NCBI GenBank assembly: GCA_963786935.1
Contig: CAWBAN010000001.1
Location: 448,001 to 512,000 of the forward strand
Direction of reading: 5' to 3'
Source: an uncultured bacterium
Lineage (GTDB): Bacteria; Krumholzibacteriota; Krumholzibacteriia; Krumholzibacteriales; Krumholzibacteriaceae
Length of the DNA stretch: 64,000 bases
The position numbers and the translations under genes are program-made. Below the pieces are notes generated by a model. That model saw only the letters and a list, made by a program, of their open reading frames with translations. It made no database searches and was not told the origin of the DNA. Each line of letters begins with the position of its first letter. Position 1 is the first letter of the stretch. Below, piece by piece: positions 36,303-46,541 of this stretch.

Positions 36303-39300
36303 GTGAGTCTTTCGAAACTCGAGATGGTGGGCTTCAAATCGTTCATGGCGCCGATCAGCCTTCAATTCAAGGACGGGATCACGGCGATCCTCGGTCCGAA
36401 CGGCTGCGGCAAGACGAACATCGTCGACGCGGTTCGCTGGGTCCTCGGCGAACAGAGCGCCCGCCAGCTTCGGAGCTCGAAGATGGAGAACGTCATCTTC
36501 AACGGCACGCAGCAGCACAAACCGATGGGGTACGCCTCCGTCAACCTCACGATCAACAACGAGCGCGGACAGTTTCCGCTCGATTACAGCGAAATCAACA
36601 TCACCCGCAAGGTCTACCGCTCGGGCGTGAGCGAGTATTTCATCAACAAGATGCCGTGCCGGCTCAAGGATATCCGCGACCTGTTCGCCGACACGGGCAC
36701 GGGGAGCCATTCGTACTCGGTCATCGAGCAGGAGATGATCGACTGGGTGCTCAACGACGTGCACGGCGAGCGCCGTCTCATGTTCGAGGAGGCGGCGGGC
36801 ATCGTCAAATACCGCATGCGCCGGGAAGAGGCTCAGCGCAAGCTCGAGCTCACCGACGCGGACCTCACGCGCCTCGAGGATATTCTCGAAGAGCTCCGCG
36901 CGCAGGTGCGGTCGCTCAAGTACCAGATGGCCAAGGCGCGCCGCTACGAGATCGTCAGGGACCGGATCAGGGGGTGGGAGGTCGTGAGTATCCGCTCGCA
37001 GCTCTCGGAGATCATCGGGGAGCGGCGCGCGGCCGAGGCGGAGCTGACCGAATGCCTCACGCGCTCACGGAGCGAGGACGATTCGCTCGCCGAGCTCGAG
37101 CGGCGGGTCGCGGACGCGCGATCGGCGCACCTCGAGCTCGAGCGGAAGCGGACGGAGCTGCAGGACAAGCGCTATGACATTCGCCGCCGGATCCAGTCCT
37201 CCGAGGAGAAGGTGATCCAGTTCACGGAGCGCGAGAGTCAGGCGCGCCTCCGCATCGAGCGGGCCTCGCGCGAGATCGCCGAGGCGGAAGGGCGCCTCGG
37301 GCAGATCGGCGCGCGCATCGCCGCGGTGAAGGGGCTCGGCGCCGACAAGGAGTCGAGAATCGTCGTCGAAGAGGCGGCGGTCGGCGCCCTCGCCGATGAT
37401 TTCCGCGCGGCGATGGAGCGCATCCAGACCCTGACGGCGAAGCTGATCGAGATGAAACAGACGCAGCTCGACCTGATCCAGGATCAGGCGAGGGCGAAGA
37501 ACACGCTCGAGCATCACGAGGGGACGCTCGCGGAGCTCGACAACCGGTCGGCGGAGATCCGGGAGCGCGTATCCGACGCCGAGCGCGAGGGGCAGACGCT
37601 CGCCGCGGAGCGTGAGGTCAAGGCCGCCGCGTGCCGGGAGCTCGAAGAGCGCGGCGCCGCGCTCGACCGCGAGCGATCGGGCCTCGCCGATTCGATGCGC
37701 GAGCAGGAGCAGCGCATCATCGGACGCGAGCGCACGCTCGCCGAAAAGCGGGGGGAGCTCGCTCACCTGAAGGGCAAACACGATCTGCTCCGGAAGATGA
37801 AGGAGAGTTTCGAAGGATACCCGGGCGGCGCGCGCGAAGTCCTCACGCGGGGCGACGAGCGCGTGCGCGGTCCCCTCGTCGAGTTCCTCGCGGTCGAGGA
37901 CCGCTACCGCCCGGCGGTCGAGGCGGCCCTCGCCGGCGTTCTCGACGGCGTCGTCGTCGACCGGTTCTCGAGCGCGCTCGATCTCGTCCGGGAGATCTCC
38001 GAGCGCGCCTCGGGGCGCGTGCGCCTCTTCGCGGAAGACGCGCCGGGAGCGCGGCGCGACGCCGCGGCGGAAGGCGTGCCGGGCTGTCTCGGATCGCTCG
38101 CCTCGTTCGTCGCCGCCGACGAGGCGCGGCGGGGGCTCGTCGACGCGCTGCTCCAGGGCGCGTACCTGTTCGAAGATCCGGCCGCAGCGGTCGATTTCGT
38201 CGCCTCGGAGCGGGGACGCGGCACGACGGCCGTGACGCTCTCCGGCGTGTCGTTCTCCGCCTCCGCGGGGATCTATTTCGCGGGGAGCGGCACGGAGGAA
38301 TTCTCGCTGCTCGGCCGCGTGAGCGATCTCGAGCGGCTCGGCGAGGCGATACCGGAGCTCGACGGCGAGGTCGTCGCGCTGGCGGCGGCCTGCGAAGAGG
38401 AGCGCGCGGCGCGCGGGCGACTCGAGGCGCGCTCGCGCGAAATCGAAGGGGAGATCCCGGGAATCCGCGAAGAGCTCTCGACGCGGCGGGAGGCGCTGCA
38501 GAGCTGCGAACGGGATCACGCGATGCGCCGGGAGAAGGTATCCATGCTCCTCAGGACGCTCGACGAGATCGAGACGTCGCGATCCGAGATCCTCGCCAAG
38601 CTCGAGGAGATGAAGCTCTCGCTCCGGATGCAGGAGGAGAGCGGCGAGCTGCGGCAGTCGGCCGATATCGAGGCGGAGCTCGCCGGGCTGCAGAAGCGGC
38701 GGGAGGAGATCGAGTCTTCCCTCACGGAGAAGAAGATCGCGCTCGCCTCTCTCAGGGGAGCGCTTGACAAGGACCGGGAAGAGCTGAAGGGGCTCGTCGT
38801 GATGGACGACCAGTTCCGCGGCATCGCCGGCGACCGTCGCCGCGAGATCGCGGAATCGGACACGGAGCTCGCCGGGCTCGCCTCCGCCGTCGAAGCGGAG
38901 CGTTCGGTCGTGCGGGTGCTGCTCGAAGAGGAGCGCTCCTACGAACGGGGGCTCGAGGATCTCTCGGGGAGTCTCGAGGAACGGCGCGCCGAGGCCGAAT
39001 CCGCGGAGAAGGAGCTCAAGGCGCGCGCCGCGGAGCGCGAACGGATATTCGAACGGCTGAACGAGATCAAGATCGTGCTCTCGACCTTCGAAACGCGGAT
39101 GCGCAACCTCGTCGAAAAGGCGCGCGAGATGCACGCCGCCGATCTCGGCTGCTACCTCGACGGGAAGGAGCTGCCGCTCACGGACGAGGAAGCGGCCGTG
39201 ACGAGGGAGATGCTCGACCGGGAGAAGAAGAAGCTCGAATCGATCGGTCCGGTGAACCTCGCCGCCGTGGAGGAGTTCAACGAGAAGAAGACGCGCCTCG

Positions 39301-39908
39301 ATTTTCTCGAGTCGCAGAAGGCCGACCTCCTCAAGGCGAAGGAGGAGCTCGATGAAGCGATCAAGAAGATAAACGCCCGCGCGAGGACGCAGTTCCTCGA
39401 AACGTACGAGCTCGTGCGCGGGCACTTCCAGCAGACCTTCCAGATTCTCTTCGAGGGGGGAGAGGCGGACCTCTCGCTCGGCGAGAGCGCCGATCCGCTC
39501 GATGCCGATATCGTCATCACGGCGCGTCCCAAGGGAAAGCGCCTGCAGGACATCGCCCTCCTCTCGGGAGGGGAGCGGGCGCTCACGGCTCTCGCGCTGC
39601 TCTTCGCCCTCTACAAGGCGAAGCCGAGCCCGTTCTGCATCTTCGACGAGGTGGACGCGCCCCTCGACGACGCCAACATCCAGCGCCTTCTCCGGATGCT
39701 CCAGGTGTTCAAGAAAGACACCCAGTTCATCATCATCACGCACAACAAGCGCACCATGGAGGTCGCCGAACGCCTGTACGGCATCACGATGGAGGAGCGC
39801 GGCGTCTCGCGCGTCGTGTCGGTCGACTTCGACGGCATCGAGAAGGTTCTCCGGAACCGCGCCGCGTCCGAGCGCGTGCTCCTGCCGTCGGAAGCCTCCT
39901 CGAACTGA
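36303..39908 (+). CDS. smc: Chromosome segregation protein SMC
   Basis: GFKSF, GPNGCGKTN, coiled coils and hinge, LSGGE, DEVDAPLD, ITHNK. Confidence 0.98.
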   Translation: MSLSKLEMVGFKSFMAPISLQFKDGITAILGPNGCGKTNIVDAVRWVLGEQSARQLRSSKMENVIFNGTQQHKPMGYASVNLTINNERGQFPLDYSEINITRKVYRSGVSEYFINKMPCRLKDIRDLFADTGTGSHSYSVIEQEMIDWVLNDVHGERRLMFEEAAGIVKYRMRREEAQRKLELTDADLTRLEDILEELRAQVRSLKYQMAKARRYEIVRDRIRGWEVVSIRSQLSEIIGERRAAEAELTECLTRSRSEDDSLAELERRVADARSAHLELERKRTELQDKRYDIRRRIQSSEEKVIQFTERESQARLRIERASREIAEAEGRLGQIGARIAAVKGLGADKESRIVVEEAAVGALADDFRAAMERIQTLTAKLIEMKQTQLDLIQDQARAKNTLEHHEGTLAELDNRSAEIRERVSDAEREGQTLAAEREVKAAACRELEERGAALDRERSGLADSMREQEQRIIGRERTLAEKRGELAHLKGKHDLLRKMKESFEGYPGGAREVLTRGDERVRGPLVEFLAVEDRYRPAVEAALAGVLDGVVVDRFSSALDLVREISERASGRVRLFAEDAPGARRDAAAEGVPGCLGSLASFVAADEARRGLVDALLQGAYLFEDPAAAVDFVASERGRGTTAVTLSGVSFSASAGIYFAGSGTEEFSLLGRVSDLERLGEAIPELDGEVVALAAACEEERAARGRLEARSREIEGEIPGIREELSTRREALQSCERDHAMRREKVSMLLRTLDEIETSRSEILAKLEEMKLSLRMQEESGELRQSADIEAELAGLQKRREEIESSLTEKKIALASLRGALDKDREELKGLVVMDDQFRGIAGDRRREIAESDTELAGLASAVEAERSVVRVLLEEERSYERGLEDLSGSLEERRAEAESAEKELKARAAERERIFERLNEIKIVLSTFETRMRNLVEKAREMHAADLGCYLDGKELPLTDEEAAVTREMLDREKKKLESIGPVNLAAVEEFNEKKTRLDFLESQKADLLKAKEELDEAIKKINARARTQFLETYELVRGHFQQTFQILFEGGEADLSLGESADPLDADIVITARPKGKRLQDIALLSGGERALTALALLFALYKAKPSPFCIFDEVDAPLDDANIQRLLRMLQVFKKDTQFIIITHNKRTMEVAERLYGITMEERGVSRVVSVDFDGIEKVLRNRAASERVLLPSEASSN

Positions 39909-39921
39909 CGGGAACAACCGC

Positions 39922-40815
39922 ATGCACAAGCTGTTCGACGGACTGAGAAGGACCAAGGAGCGTCTCTTCGGCTCCATTCAAGGGATATTCGCCGGCGGGA
40001 CCGCCGGCGCGGACGCCCTCGAGGAGCTCGAAGGGATTCTTCTCTCGGCGGACCTCGGGCCCGAGGCGGCCGAGCGGATCGTGGAACGCCTCCGCAAGCA
40101 GGCCGGCGCCGCCGCCGGCCCCGAAGCGTGCCGCCGGATCATGGCCGAAGAGCTTCTCTCGATCATGAAGGAAACGCCCGCGCCGCAGCCGCCGAAAGGG
40201 CGCCCGCGCGTCATTGTGGTCGTCGGCGTAAATGGCGTAGGGAAAACGAGTACCATCGGAAAGCTCGCGTATCTTTTTAGGAGCGAGGGGAGCTCCGTGC
40301 TCCTCGCCGCGTGCGACACGTTTCGCGCCGCCGCGGAGGAGCAGCTCGAGCTCTGGGCCGGACGCGCCGGGGTGCCGATCGTCCGGCAGAAGAGCGGGGC
40401 CGATCCGGCCGCCGTCGCGTTCGACGCGGTGCAGTCCGCGAAGGCGAAGAACATCGATATCGTGATCGTCGATACGGCGGGACGGCTCCATACGAAGGTC
40501 AATCTCATGGACGAGTTGAAGAAGATCTTCAACGTCCTCTCGACGAAGATGGAAGGTATCGGCCTCGAGAGCTGGCTCGTGCTCGACGCCAACACGGGGC
40601 AGAACAGCCTTCGACAGGCCGAGGCCTTCACCGCGGCTCTCCCGGTCTCGGGGCTCGTTCTCACGAAGGTCGACAGCACGGCGAAAGGCGGCGCCGTCGT
40701 CACGATCCAACAGAAGCTCCGCGTCCCCGTCATCTACGTCGGCGTCGGCGAACAGATGGAGGATATCGAGCGGTTCGATCCGGAGCTCTTCGTCTCCGCA
40801 ATGCTCGGCGAATAG
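39922..40815 (+). CDS. ftsY: Signal recognition particle receptor FtsY
   Basis: GVNGVGKT, DTFRAAA, DTAGRLH, TKVD..AKGG. Confidence 0.97.
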   Translation: MHKLFDGLRRTKERLFGSIQGIFAGGTAGADALEELEGILLSADLGPEAAERIVERLRKQAGAAAGPEACRRIMAEELLSIMKETPAPQPPKGRPRVIVVVGVNGVGKTSTIGKLAYLFRSEGSSVLLAACDTFRAAAEEQLELWAGRAGVPIVRQKSGADPAAVAFDAVQSAKAKNIDIVIVDTAGRLHTKVNLMDELKKIFNVLSTKMEGIGLESWLVLDANTGQNSLRQAEAFTAALPVSGLVLTKVDSTAKGGAVVTIQQKLRVPVIYVGVGEQMEDIERFDPELFVSAMLGE

Positions 40816-40829
40816 CGGCAACTGCGCTC

Positions 40830-40858
40830 TTGACACCATTCACGCAGCCGATTAGAAT
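40830..40858 (+). promoter_or_regulatory. sigma70 promoter of the rib operon
   Basis: TTGACA-N17-TAGAAT. Confidence 0.75.
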
Positions 40859-40893
40859 TGAATGACATTGATGAGGCCCTTTCGGGGGTCTCG

Positions 40894-41010
40894 AACCTTC
40901 GGGGCGGGGTGAAAATCCCCACCGGCGGTGAAAGCCCGCGAATGAGCTCGATGCTCACCGATCCGGCGCAATTCCGGAGCCGACAGTGACAGTCTGGATG
41001 GGAGAAGGTT
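40894..41010 (+). ncRNA. FMN riboswitch (RFN element)
   Basis: cttcggggcggggtgaaa.tccccaccggcggt...agcccgcga...ccgacagt.acagtctggatgggagaag consensus upstream of ribD. Confidence 0.96.
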
Positions 41011-41104
41011 TTCCGCCTTTGCTCAGTCGCGGCATCTCGCTGATACGCGATCTCCCCGTGCATGCAGGCCCCGAAGCGGAAGTTTTCTCTCGGAGGAGAA
41101 AGCT

Positions 41105-42250
41105 ATGGATCAGGAGGAGAAGTATCTGCGCCGCGCGCTCGAGCTCGCCGAACATGGGCTCGGGGAGACATTTCCGAATCCGCTCGTCGGGGCCGTCATC
41201 GTTCAGGGAGACCGGATCGTCGGCGAGGGCTGGCACCGGGGCCCCGGATTCCCCCACGCGGAAGTCGAGGCGATCCGCGGCGCGGGGGACCGCGCGAGCG
41301 GGGCCGCGCTCTACCTCAATCTCGAGCCGTGCTGCCACTACGGGCGCACGCCCCCCTGCACGGACGGCATCGCGGAGGCGGGGATTTCGCGCGTCGTGTT
41401 CAGCATGTACGATCCCGACGCCCGGATGCGGGGCAAGGGCGCGGCGGCTCTCCGGTCGCGCGGCATCGACGTCCGGACGGGGGTGTGCGCGGCCGAAGCG
41501 CTTGAGCTCAATCTTCCCTACGTGCACCGAAACCTCACGGGCAAGCCGTTCGTGATGCTCAAGCTCGCTTCGACCCTCGACGGCAGGCTCACGTGGGGCG
41601 CCGAGCGGGGCTATATTTCGGGTGAGAAGGAGCAGCGCTACATACACCGGCTGCGGGCGTGGACGGAAGCGATCGCGATCGGGATCGGCACGGTTTCGAT
41701 CGACAAGCCGAAGCTCGACCGGCGTCTCTTCCGCGAGGGGATGCGGCCTCCGGTGCGGATGGTGTTCGATTCGGCGCTCCGGTTCCCCGAGGATTACCCG
41801 TGGCTCGCGCGCAAGGAGCGCGTGCTCATCTACTGCCTGACGAATGTCGATCCGATCCGGAGGCGGGAGCTCGAGACGGCGGGCGCCGAGGTCGTGCTGC
41901 TGCCGCGCGGGCCCCACGGGGTCGATCTCCGCGCCTGGCTTGAGGACGTCACGGCGAAAGGAATCACCGGGGTGATCGTCGAGGGGGGAGGCGAGGTCGC
42001 CACCGCGTTCCTCGGCGAGGGGCTCATCGAGCGTCTCGTGCTCTGCTACGCGCCGCTCGTCTCCGGACAGAGCGGCGTTGCGTGGTACCAGGACGGGCGA
42101 GGGCCGCACTGGCTCGCGCGGGGGGAGCTCAAGCTCAGGAGCTGCGCTGCCATGGACGAGGACATCGTCCTCGTGTTCGACTCGCGCAGGATCGGGGACT
42201 ATCTCGCCGCGGTGACGGAGGAGGATACGATTGTTCACTGGGCTCGTTGA
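41105..42250 (+). CDS. ribD: Riboflavin biosynthesis deaminase/reductase
   Basis: PNPLVGA, HAE, LEPCCHYGRTPPC, TLDG, VEGGG. Confidence 0.96.
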   Translation: MDQEEKYLRRALELAEHGLGETFPNPLVGAVIVQGDRIVGEGWHRGPGFPHAEVEAIRGAGDRASGAALYLNLEPCCHYGRTPPCTDGIAEAGISRVVFSMYDPDARMRGKGAAALRSRGIDVRTGVCAAEALELNLPYVHRNLTGKPFVMLKLASTLDGRLTWGAERGYISGEKEQRYIHRLRAWTEAIAIGIGTVSIDKPKLDRRLFREGMRPPVRMVFDSALRFPEDYPWLARKERVLIYCLTNVDPIRRRELETAGAEVVLLPRGPHGVDLRAWLEDVTAKGITGVIVEGGGEVATAFLGEGLIERLVLCYAPLVSGQSGVAWYQDGRGPHWLARGELKLRSCAAMDEDIVLVFDSRRIGDYLAAVTEEDTIVHWAR

Positions 42251-42833
42251 GGCGATCGGCACGGTTCGCGCCGTGCGGAAGAAACCGGACGGGGCGCGCC
42301 TCGAGATCGAGACGCCGCTCGAGGGGCTCGTCGTCGGGGAGAGCGTTTCGGTGGACGGCGTCTGTCAGACGGTCGCCGCGGCGGACGGCGCGCGCTTCTC
42401 CTGCGACGTGCTCCGCGAGACGCTGCGCGTCACCACGTTCGCGCGCATCCGGCCGCGCGCCCGCGTGAACATCGAGCGCGCGCTTGCGGCCGGCGAGCGG
42501 TTCGGCGGGCATATCGTGAACGGCCACGTCGACGGGACGGGGACGGTCGCCAAAATCGTGCGGAAGCCGCTCGGCATCGAGATCGCGCTCGCGCCGGAGC
42601 TCCTCAGATATCTCGTTCCGAAGGGATCCGTCGCCGTGAACGGCGTGAGCCTCACCGTGGGCCCCGTCGTGCGGAACGGGCGCTTCACCGTGTTCGTCAT
42701 TCCCCACACGTGGGAGCACACGAATCTCCAATATCTGAAGACGGGGAGCGCCGTGAACGTCGAGGTCGACGTCCTCGCGAAGTACGTCGAGAGATCTCTC
42801 ATCAGCATGAAGAAGGAAGGTGAGCGGTGGTGA
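42231..42833 (+). CDS. ribE: Riboflavin synthase (alpha chain)
   Basis: TTG-started [30 protein letters not shown]. Confidence 0.96.
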   Translation: MFTGLVEAIGTVRAVRKKPDGARLEIETPLEGLVVGESVSVDGVCQTVAAADGARFSCDVLRETLRVTTFARIRPRARVNIERALAAGERFGGHIVNGHVDGTGTVAKIVRKPLGIEIALAPELLRYLVPKGSVAVNGVSLTVGPVVRNGRFTVFVIPHTWEHTNLQYLKTGSAVNVEVDVLAKYVERSLISMKKEGERW

Positions 42834-44098
42834 GCGCATTCAGCCGCGTCGAGGACGCGCTCGACGACATCAGGCGGGGGCGGATGGTCGTCGTCGTCGA
42901 TGACGAGGATCGCGAGAACGAGGGGGACGTTATCATGGCCGCGGAGTTCGTCACCCCCGAGAGCATCAACTTCATCGCTCGGCACGCCCGGGGGCTCATC
43001 TGCGTCGCGCTCGAGGAAGAGCGGACCGACGCGCTCCGCCTCGGGCTCATGGTGCAGGACAACACGGCGAAGATGGGCACGCCGTTCACCGTCTCCGTCG
43101 ACGCCGCGCACGGCACGACGACGGGCATCAGCGCCTACGATCGCGCCATCACCGTCCGCGCCCTCATCGACCCGAAGACGCGCCCCGAAGACCTCGCCCG
43201 GCCGGGGCACATCTTTCCGCTCCGGGCCGCGCGGGGCGGTGTGCTCCGGCGCGCGGGGCACACCGAGGCGGCCATCGATCTCATGCGGCTCGCGGGGCTC
43301 ACGTGCGCCGGCGTGTTGTGCGAGATCATGGCGGAGGACGGCTCGATGGCGCGCGTGCCCGAGCTCGTCGAGATCGCGAAACTGCACGATCTCAAGATCA
43401 TCACGATCTGCGACCTCATCGAGTACCGCCGCCGCGCGGAAAAGCTCGTGCGCCGCGTTGCCGAGGCGAGCCTGCCGACCCGTTTCGGCGAGTTCAGGCT
43501 CGTCGCGTACGAAGGGACGATCGACGGATCGGCGAGCATCGCGCTCGTGATGGGGGAGACGAAGGGGGATTCGCCGACGCTCGTCCGCGTGCATTCCCAG
43601 TGCGTCACGGGGGACGTGTTCGGCTCGCTCCGCTGCGACTGCGGCGACCAGCTCGCCGTGGCGCTCGAGAAGATCGCGAAATCGGGCACCGGCGTGTTCC
43701 TCTACATCCAGCAGGAGGGACGCGGGATCGGCCTCGTGAACAAGGTCCGCGCGTACGCGCTCCAGGATTCGGGACGGGACACGGTCGAGGCGAACGTCGA
43801 GCTCGGATTCCCGGCGGATCTCCGCGACTACGGCATCGGCGCGCAGATCCTGGCGGACCTCGGGCTCCGCAAGATCAGGCTTCTCACGAACAACCCGCGC
43901 AAGATCATCGGGCTCCGCGCCTACGGGCTCGAGATCGTCGAGCGGGTTCCGATCGAGATACCGCCGAACCGGCGGAATCTCCATTACCTGAAGGCCAAGC
44001 GGGACAAGCTCGGCCACATCTTCACCACGCTGGACGACCATGAACCGAACGCGAGCGGTGCGGCCGCCGCGCGGAAAGGAGAGCACGATGGTGCGTGA
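42827..44098 (+). CDS. ribBA: Bifunctional DHBP synthase / GTP cyclohydrolase II
   Basis: [46 protein letters not shown]. Confidence 0.97.
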   Translation: MVSAFSRVEDALDDIRRGRMVVVVDDEDRENEGDVIMAAEFVTPESINFIARHARGLICVALEEERTDALRLGLMVQDNTAKMGTPFTVSVDAAHGTTTGISAYDRAITVRALIDPKTRPEDLARPGHIFPLRAARGGVLRRAGHTEAAIDLMRLAGLTCAGVLCEIMAEDGSMARVPELVEIAKLHDLKIITICDLIEYRRRAEKLVRRVAEASLPTRFGEFRLVAYEGTIDGSASIALVMGETKGDSPTLVRVHSQCVTGDVFGSLRCDCGDQLAVALEKIAKSGTGVFLYIQQEGRGIGLVNKVRAYALQDSGRDTVEANVELGFPADLRDYGIGAQILADLGLRKIRLLTNNPRKIIGLRAYGLEIVERVPIEIPPNRRNLHYLKAKRDKLGHIFTTLDDHEPNASGAAAARKGEHDGA

Positions 44099-44558
44099 AA
44101 AAGCGGGGCATCTGACCGGTGCCGGCAGAAGCTTCGCGATCGTGATCGGACGCTTCAACGAGCTCGTGAGCGGGCATCTCCTCTCGGGAGCAGTCGATTG
44201 TCTCGTGCGCCACGACGTCGCGGAGAAGGATATCCACGTCTACTGGGTTCCCGGTTCGTTCGAGATCCCGCAGGTCGCCAAACGCGCCGCCGGGACGGGC
44301 GTCGACGCCGTGATCTGTCTCGGCGCGCTCATCCGCGGGGAGACCGCGCACTTCGACATCCTCGCGAATCAAGTCGTCCGCGACGTCTCGAACGTCGCGC
44401 TGGACGCGGGAACGCCCGTGTCCTTCGGCGTGATCGCCGCCGATACGCAGGAGCAGGCGCTCGAGCGCGCGGGGAGCAAGGCGGGGAACAAGGGATGGAA
44501 CGCCGCCCTCTCGGCGCTCGAGATGGCGAACCTCTGGAAGGAACTGAAGAAGAAGTAG
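44088..44558 (+). CDS. ribH: 6,7-dimethyl-8-ribityllumazine synthase
   Basis: [33 protein letters not shown]. Confidence 0.97.
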   Translation: MVREKAGHLTGAGRSFAIVIGRFNELVSGHLLSGAVDCLVRHDVAEKDIHVYWVPGSFEIPQVAKRAAGTGVDAVICLGALIRGETAHFDILANQVVRDVSNVALDAGTPVSFGVIAADTQEQALERAGSKAGNKGWNAALSALEMANLWKELKKK

Positions 44559-44573
44559 GAGGCCGGTGATCGC

Positions 44574-44984
44574 ATGAGCCGCAGGCGGAAAGCCCGGGAA
44601 ATCGCGCTCCAGACGCTCTACGCCCAGGAGGTGTCCGGAACGGAATGGAAGATCGCGTTCGATGACAACGTCGAGCGGCGGAAGCCCTCCGACGAGGTCA
44701 TCGAGTACGCCGAGCGGCTCGTGACGAACGTCATGGCGGAGCGGGAGCGCCTCGACGTCATGATCAAGGACCGGCTCGAGAACTGGGCGATCGAGCGCGT
44801 CTCGGTCATCGACCGGACGATCCTTCGCATCGCGCTCTCGGAGCTCCTCCACTGCCCCGAGGTCCCGGTGAACGTCATCATGAACGAGGCGATCGAAATC
44901 GCCCAGAAGTTCAGCTCGGCTGACGCGGGGCGGTTCGTGAACGGCGTGCTCGATCGCCTCGCGCGGGAGGTCCGGGAGCGTTGA
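44574..44984 (+). CDS. nusB: Transcription antitermination factor NusB
   Basis: RRKARE.ALQ.LY, NEAIEIA, FVNGVLD. Confidence 0.96.
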   Translation: MSRRRKAREIALQTLYAQEVSGTEWKIAFDDNVERRKPSDEVIEYAERLVTNVMAERERLDVMIKDRLENWAIERVSVIDRTILRIALSELLHCPEVPVNVIMNEAIEIAQKFSSADAGRFVNGVLDRLAREVRER

Positions 44985-45712
44985 AGGTGTTCGCCTGCTC
45001 CGACGTCCACGGGAACGCGCGGGCCCTGCAGGCCGTGCTCGCCGTCTATCGCGAGCAGCGCGCGCGGGAGTTTCTCTTCCTCGGCGACTGCGTCGGGTAC
45101 GGCGCGCATCCCGACGGCTGCATCGACATGCTCCTCAATATGCCGCGCGCGCGGCTCATCCTGGGAAATCACGACGCCGCGCTCCTCGACCGGCACGAGC
45201 GCGGGGACCTGAACGCGTTCGCGGCCGAGGCGATCGGCTGGTCGGAGCGAAACCTCGGGCCGGGCCACATCGACGCGATGCGGCGTCGATTCGCGATGCT
45301 GCACGAGGGGAAGGTGTACTGCGCCGTTCACGCGTCTCCCGCGCATCCCGAGGAATGGCCGTACATCTTCTCCGAAATGGACGCCGATACGGCGTTCCGC
45401 GCGCGCGATTTCTCCCTCTGCTTCGTCGGGCACACGCACCTCCCCGCGATCTATTCGTTCGAGAAGGGAGAGTGCGCCGTCGTGGAGGGGACGCCGATCG
45501 GTCTCGATCCGAACGACCGCTATATCGTCAACCCGGGGAGCGTCGGCCAGCCGCGCGACGGGGATCCGCGCGCCGCATGCTGCGTCTACGACCCGGACGC
45601 GGGAACGATCGCCTTCCACCGGTGTGTATATGATGCGGCGGCGGAGGCGCAGGATATTTTCGACGCGGGCCTGCCGCGATTCCTCGGCGATCGGCTGCTG
45701 ACGGGAACCTGA
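44981..45712 (+). CDS. Metallophosphoesterase (calcineurin-like)
   Basis: SDVHGN, GDCVGYG, GNHD, GHTH, NPGSVGQPRD. Confidence 0.92.
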   Translation: MKVFACSDVHGNARALQAVLAVYREQRAREFLFLGDCVGYGAHPDGCIDMLLNMPRARLILGNHDAALLDRHERGDLNAFAAEAIGWSERNLGPGHIDAMRRRFAMLHEGKVYCAVHASPAHPEEWPYIFSEMDADTAFRARDFSLCFVGHTHLPAIYSFEKGECAVVEGTPIGLDPNDRYIVNPGSVGQPRDGDPRAACCVYDPDAGTIAFHRCVYDAAAEAQDIFDAGLPRFLGDRLLTGT

Positions 45713-45734
45713 CCGGGAGCAAAGGAGCGGGGCC

Positions 45735-46502
45735 ATCGAACCGAAATCGGAACGGAAGCACTGGGACCGATTCTGGGAGCGCGCTCCCGGCGTCGAGGAC
45801 GTCTACTCGAACGAGGGGAGGGTCGCGGAGCGGATCGCCCGCCTCGGTTCCGTCGCGGGCCTGCGCGTGCTCGAGGTCGGCGCCGGCTCCGGGCGCGACG
45901 GGCTCGCGCTCGCCGCGGGCGGCGCCCGAGTCGTCTCGCTCGACTACAGCCTTCCGAGCCTGCGGCTCATCAAGGCGCAGGCCGCCGGGACCGGCTCGCT
46001 CGCCGTGTGCTGCGGCGACGCGTTCGCGCTTCCATTCGCGGACGGCACCTTCGACGTCGTGTTCCATCAGGGGCTCCTCGAGCATTTCCGGAATCCCGAC
46101 GATCTCCTCGCGGAGAACGCGCGGGTGCTGAAGCGGGGCGGCTACCTGCTCGTCGACGTACCGCAGCGGTGGCACTACTACACCGTGATCAAGCACGTTC
46201 TCATCGCGCTCCGCCTCTGGTTCGCCGGCTGGGAGCGGGAGTACTCCGTCGCCGAGCTCGAGGGGATGCTCCGCCGCCATTCGTTTTCGATTGTCTCGAG
46301 CTACGGCGAATGGTTTAATCCGCCGATATGGTACCGGATGCTGCGCCGGGGGCTCGCCCCCGCCGGAGTCCGGCTGCCGATGTATCCCCGCGTTTTCGCC
46401 GCGCTCGGCGGGGCGTTCAAGGGGGCGCGCGAGGCGTTTCTGAAGCGACGCCTCGCGCTCTACACGACGGTCGTCGTCGGCACGATCGCCCGGAAGGATT
46501 GA
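45735..46502 (+). CDS. Class I SAM-dependent methyltransferase, apparent ATC start
   Basis: VLEVGAGSG, GDA.ALPF.DGTFD, LEH; frame is open upstream (HWDRFW) to ATC 45735, 7 nt after AAAGGAG. Confidence 0.85.
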   Translation: MEPKSERKHWDRFWERAPGVEDVYSNEGRVAERIARLGSVAGLRVLEVGAGSGRDGLALAAGGARVVSLDYSLPSLRLIKAQAAGTGSLAVCCGDAFALPFADGTFDVVFHQGLLEHFRNPDDLLAENARVLKRGGYLLVDVPQRWHYYTVIKHVLIALRLWFAGWEREYSVAELEGMLRRHSFSIVSSYGEWFNPPIWYRMLRRGLAPAGVRLPMYPRVFAALGGAFKGAREAFLKRRLALYTTVVVGTIARKD

Positions 46503-46541
46503 GTCGGGACGGACGCCGGACCGGTCCGCGGAGGACGAACG

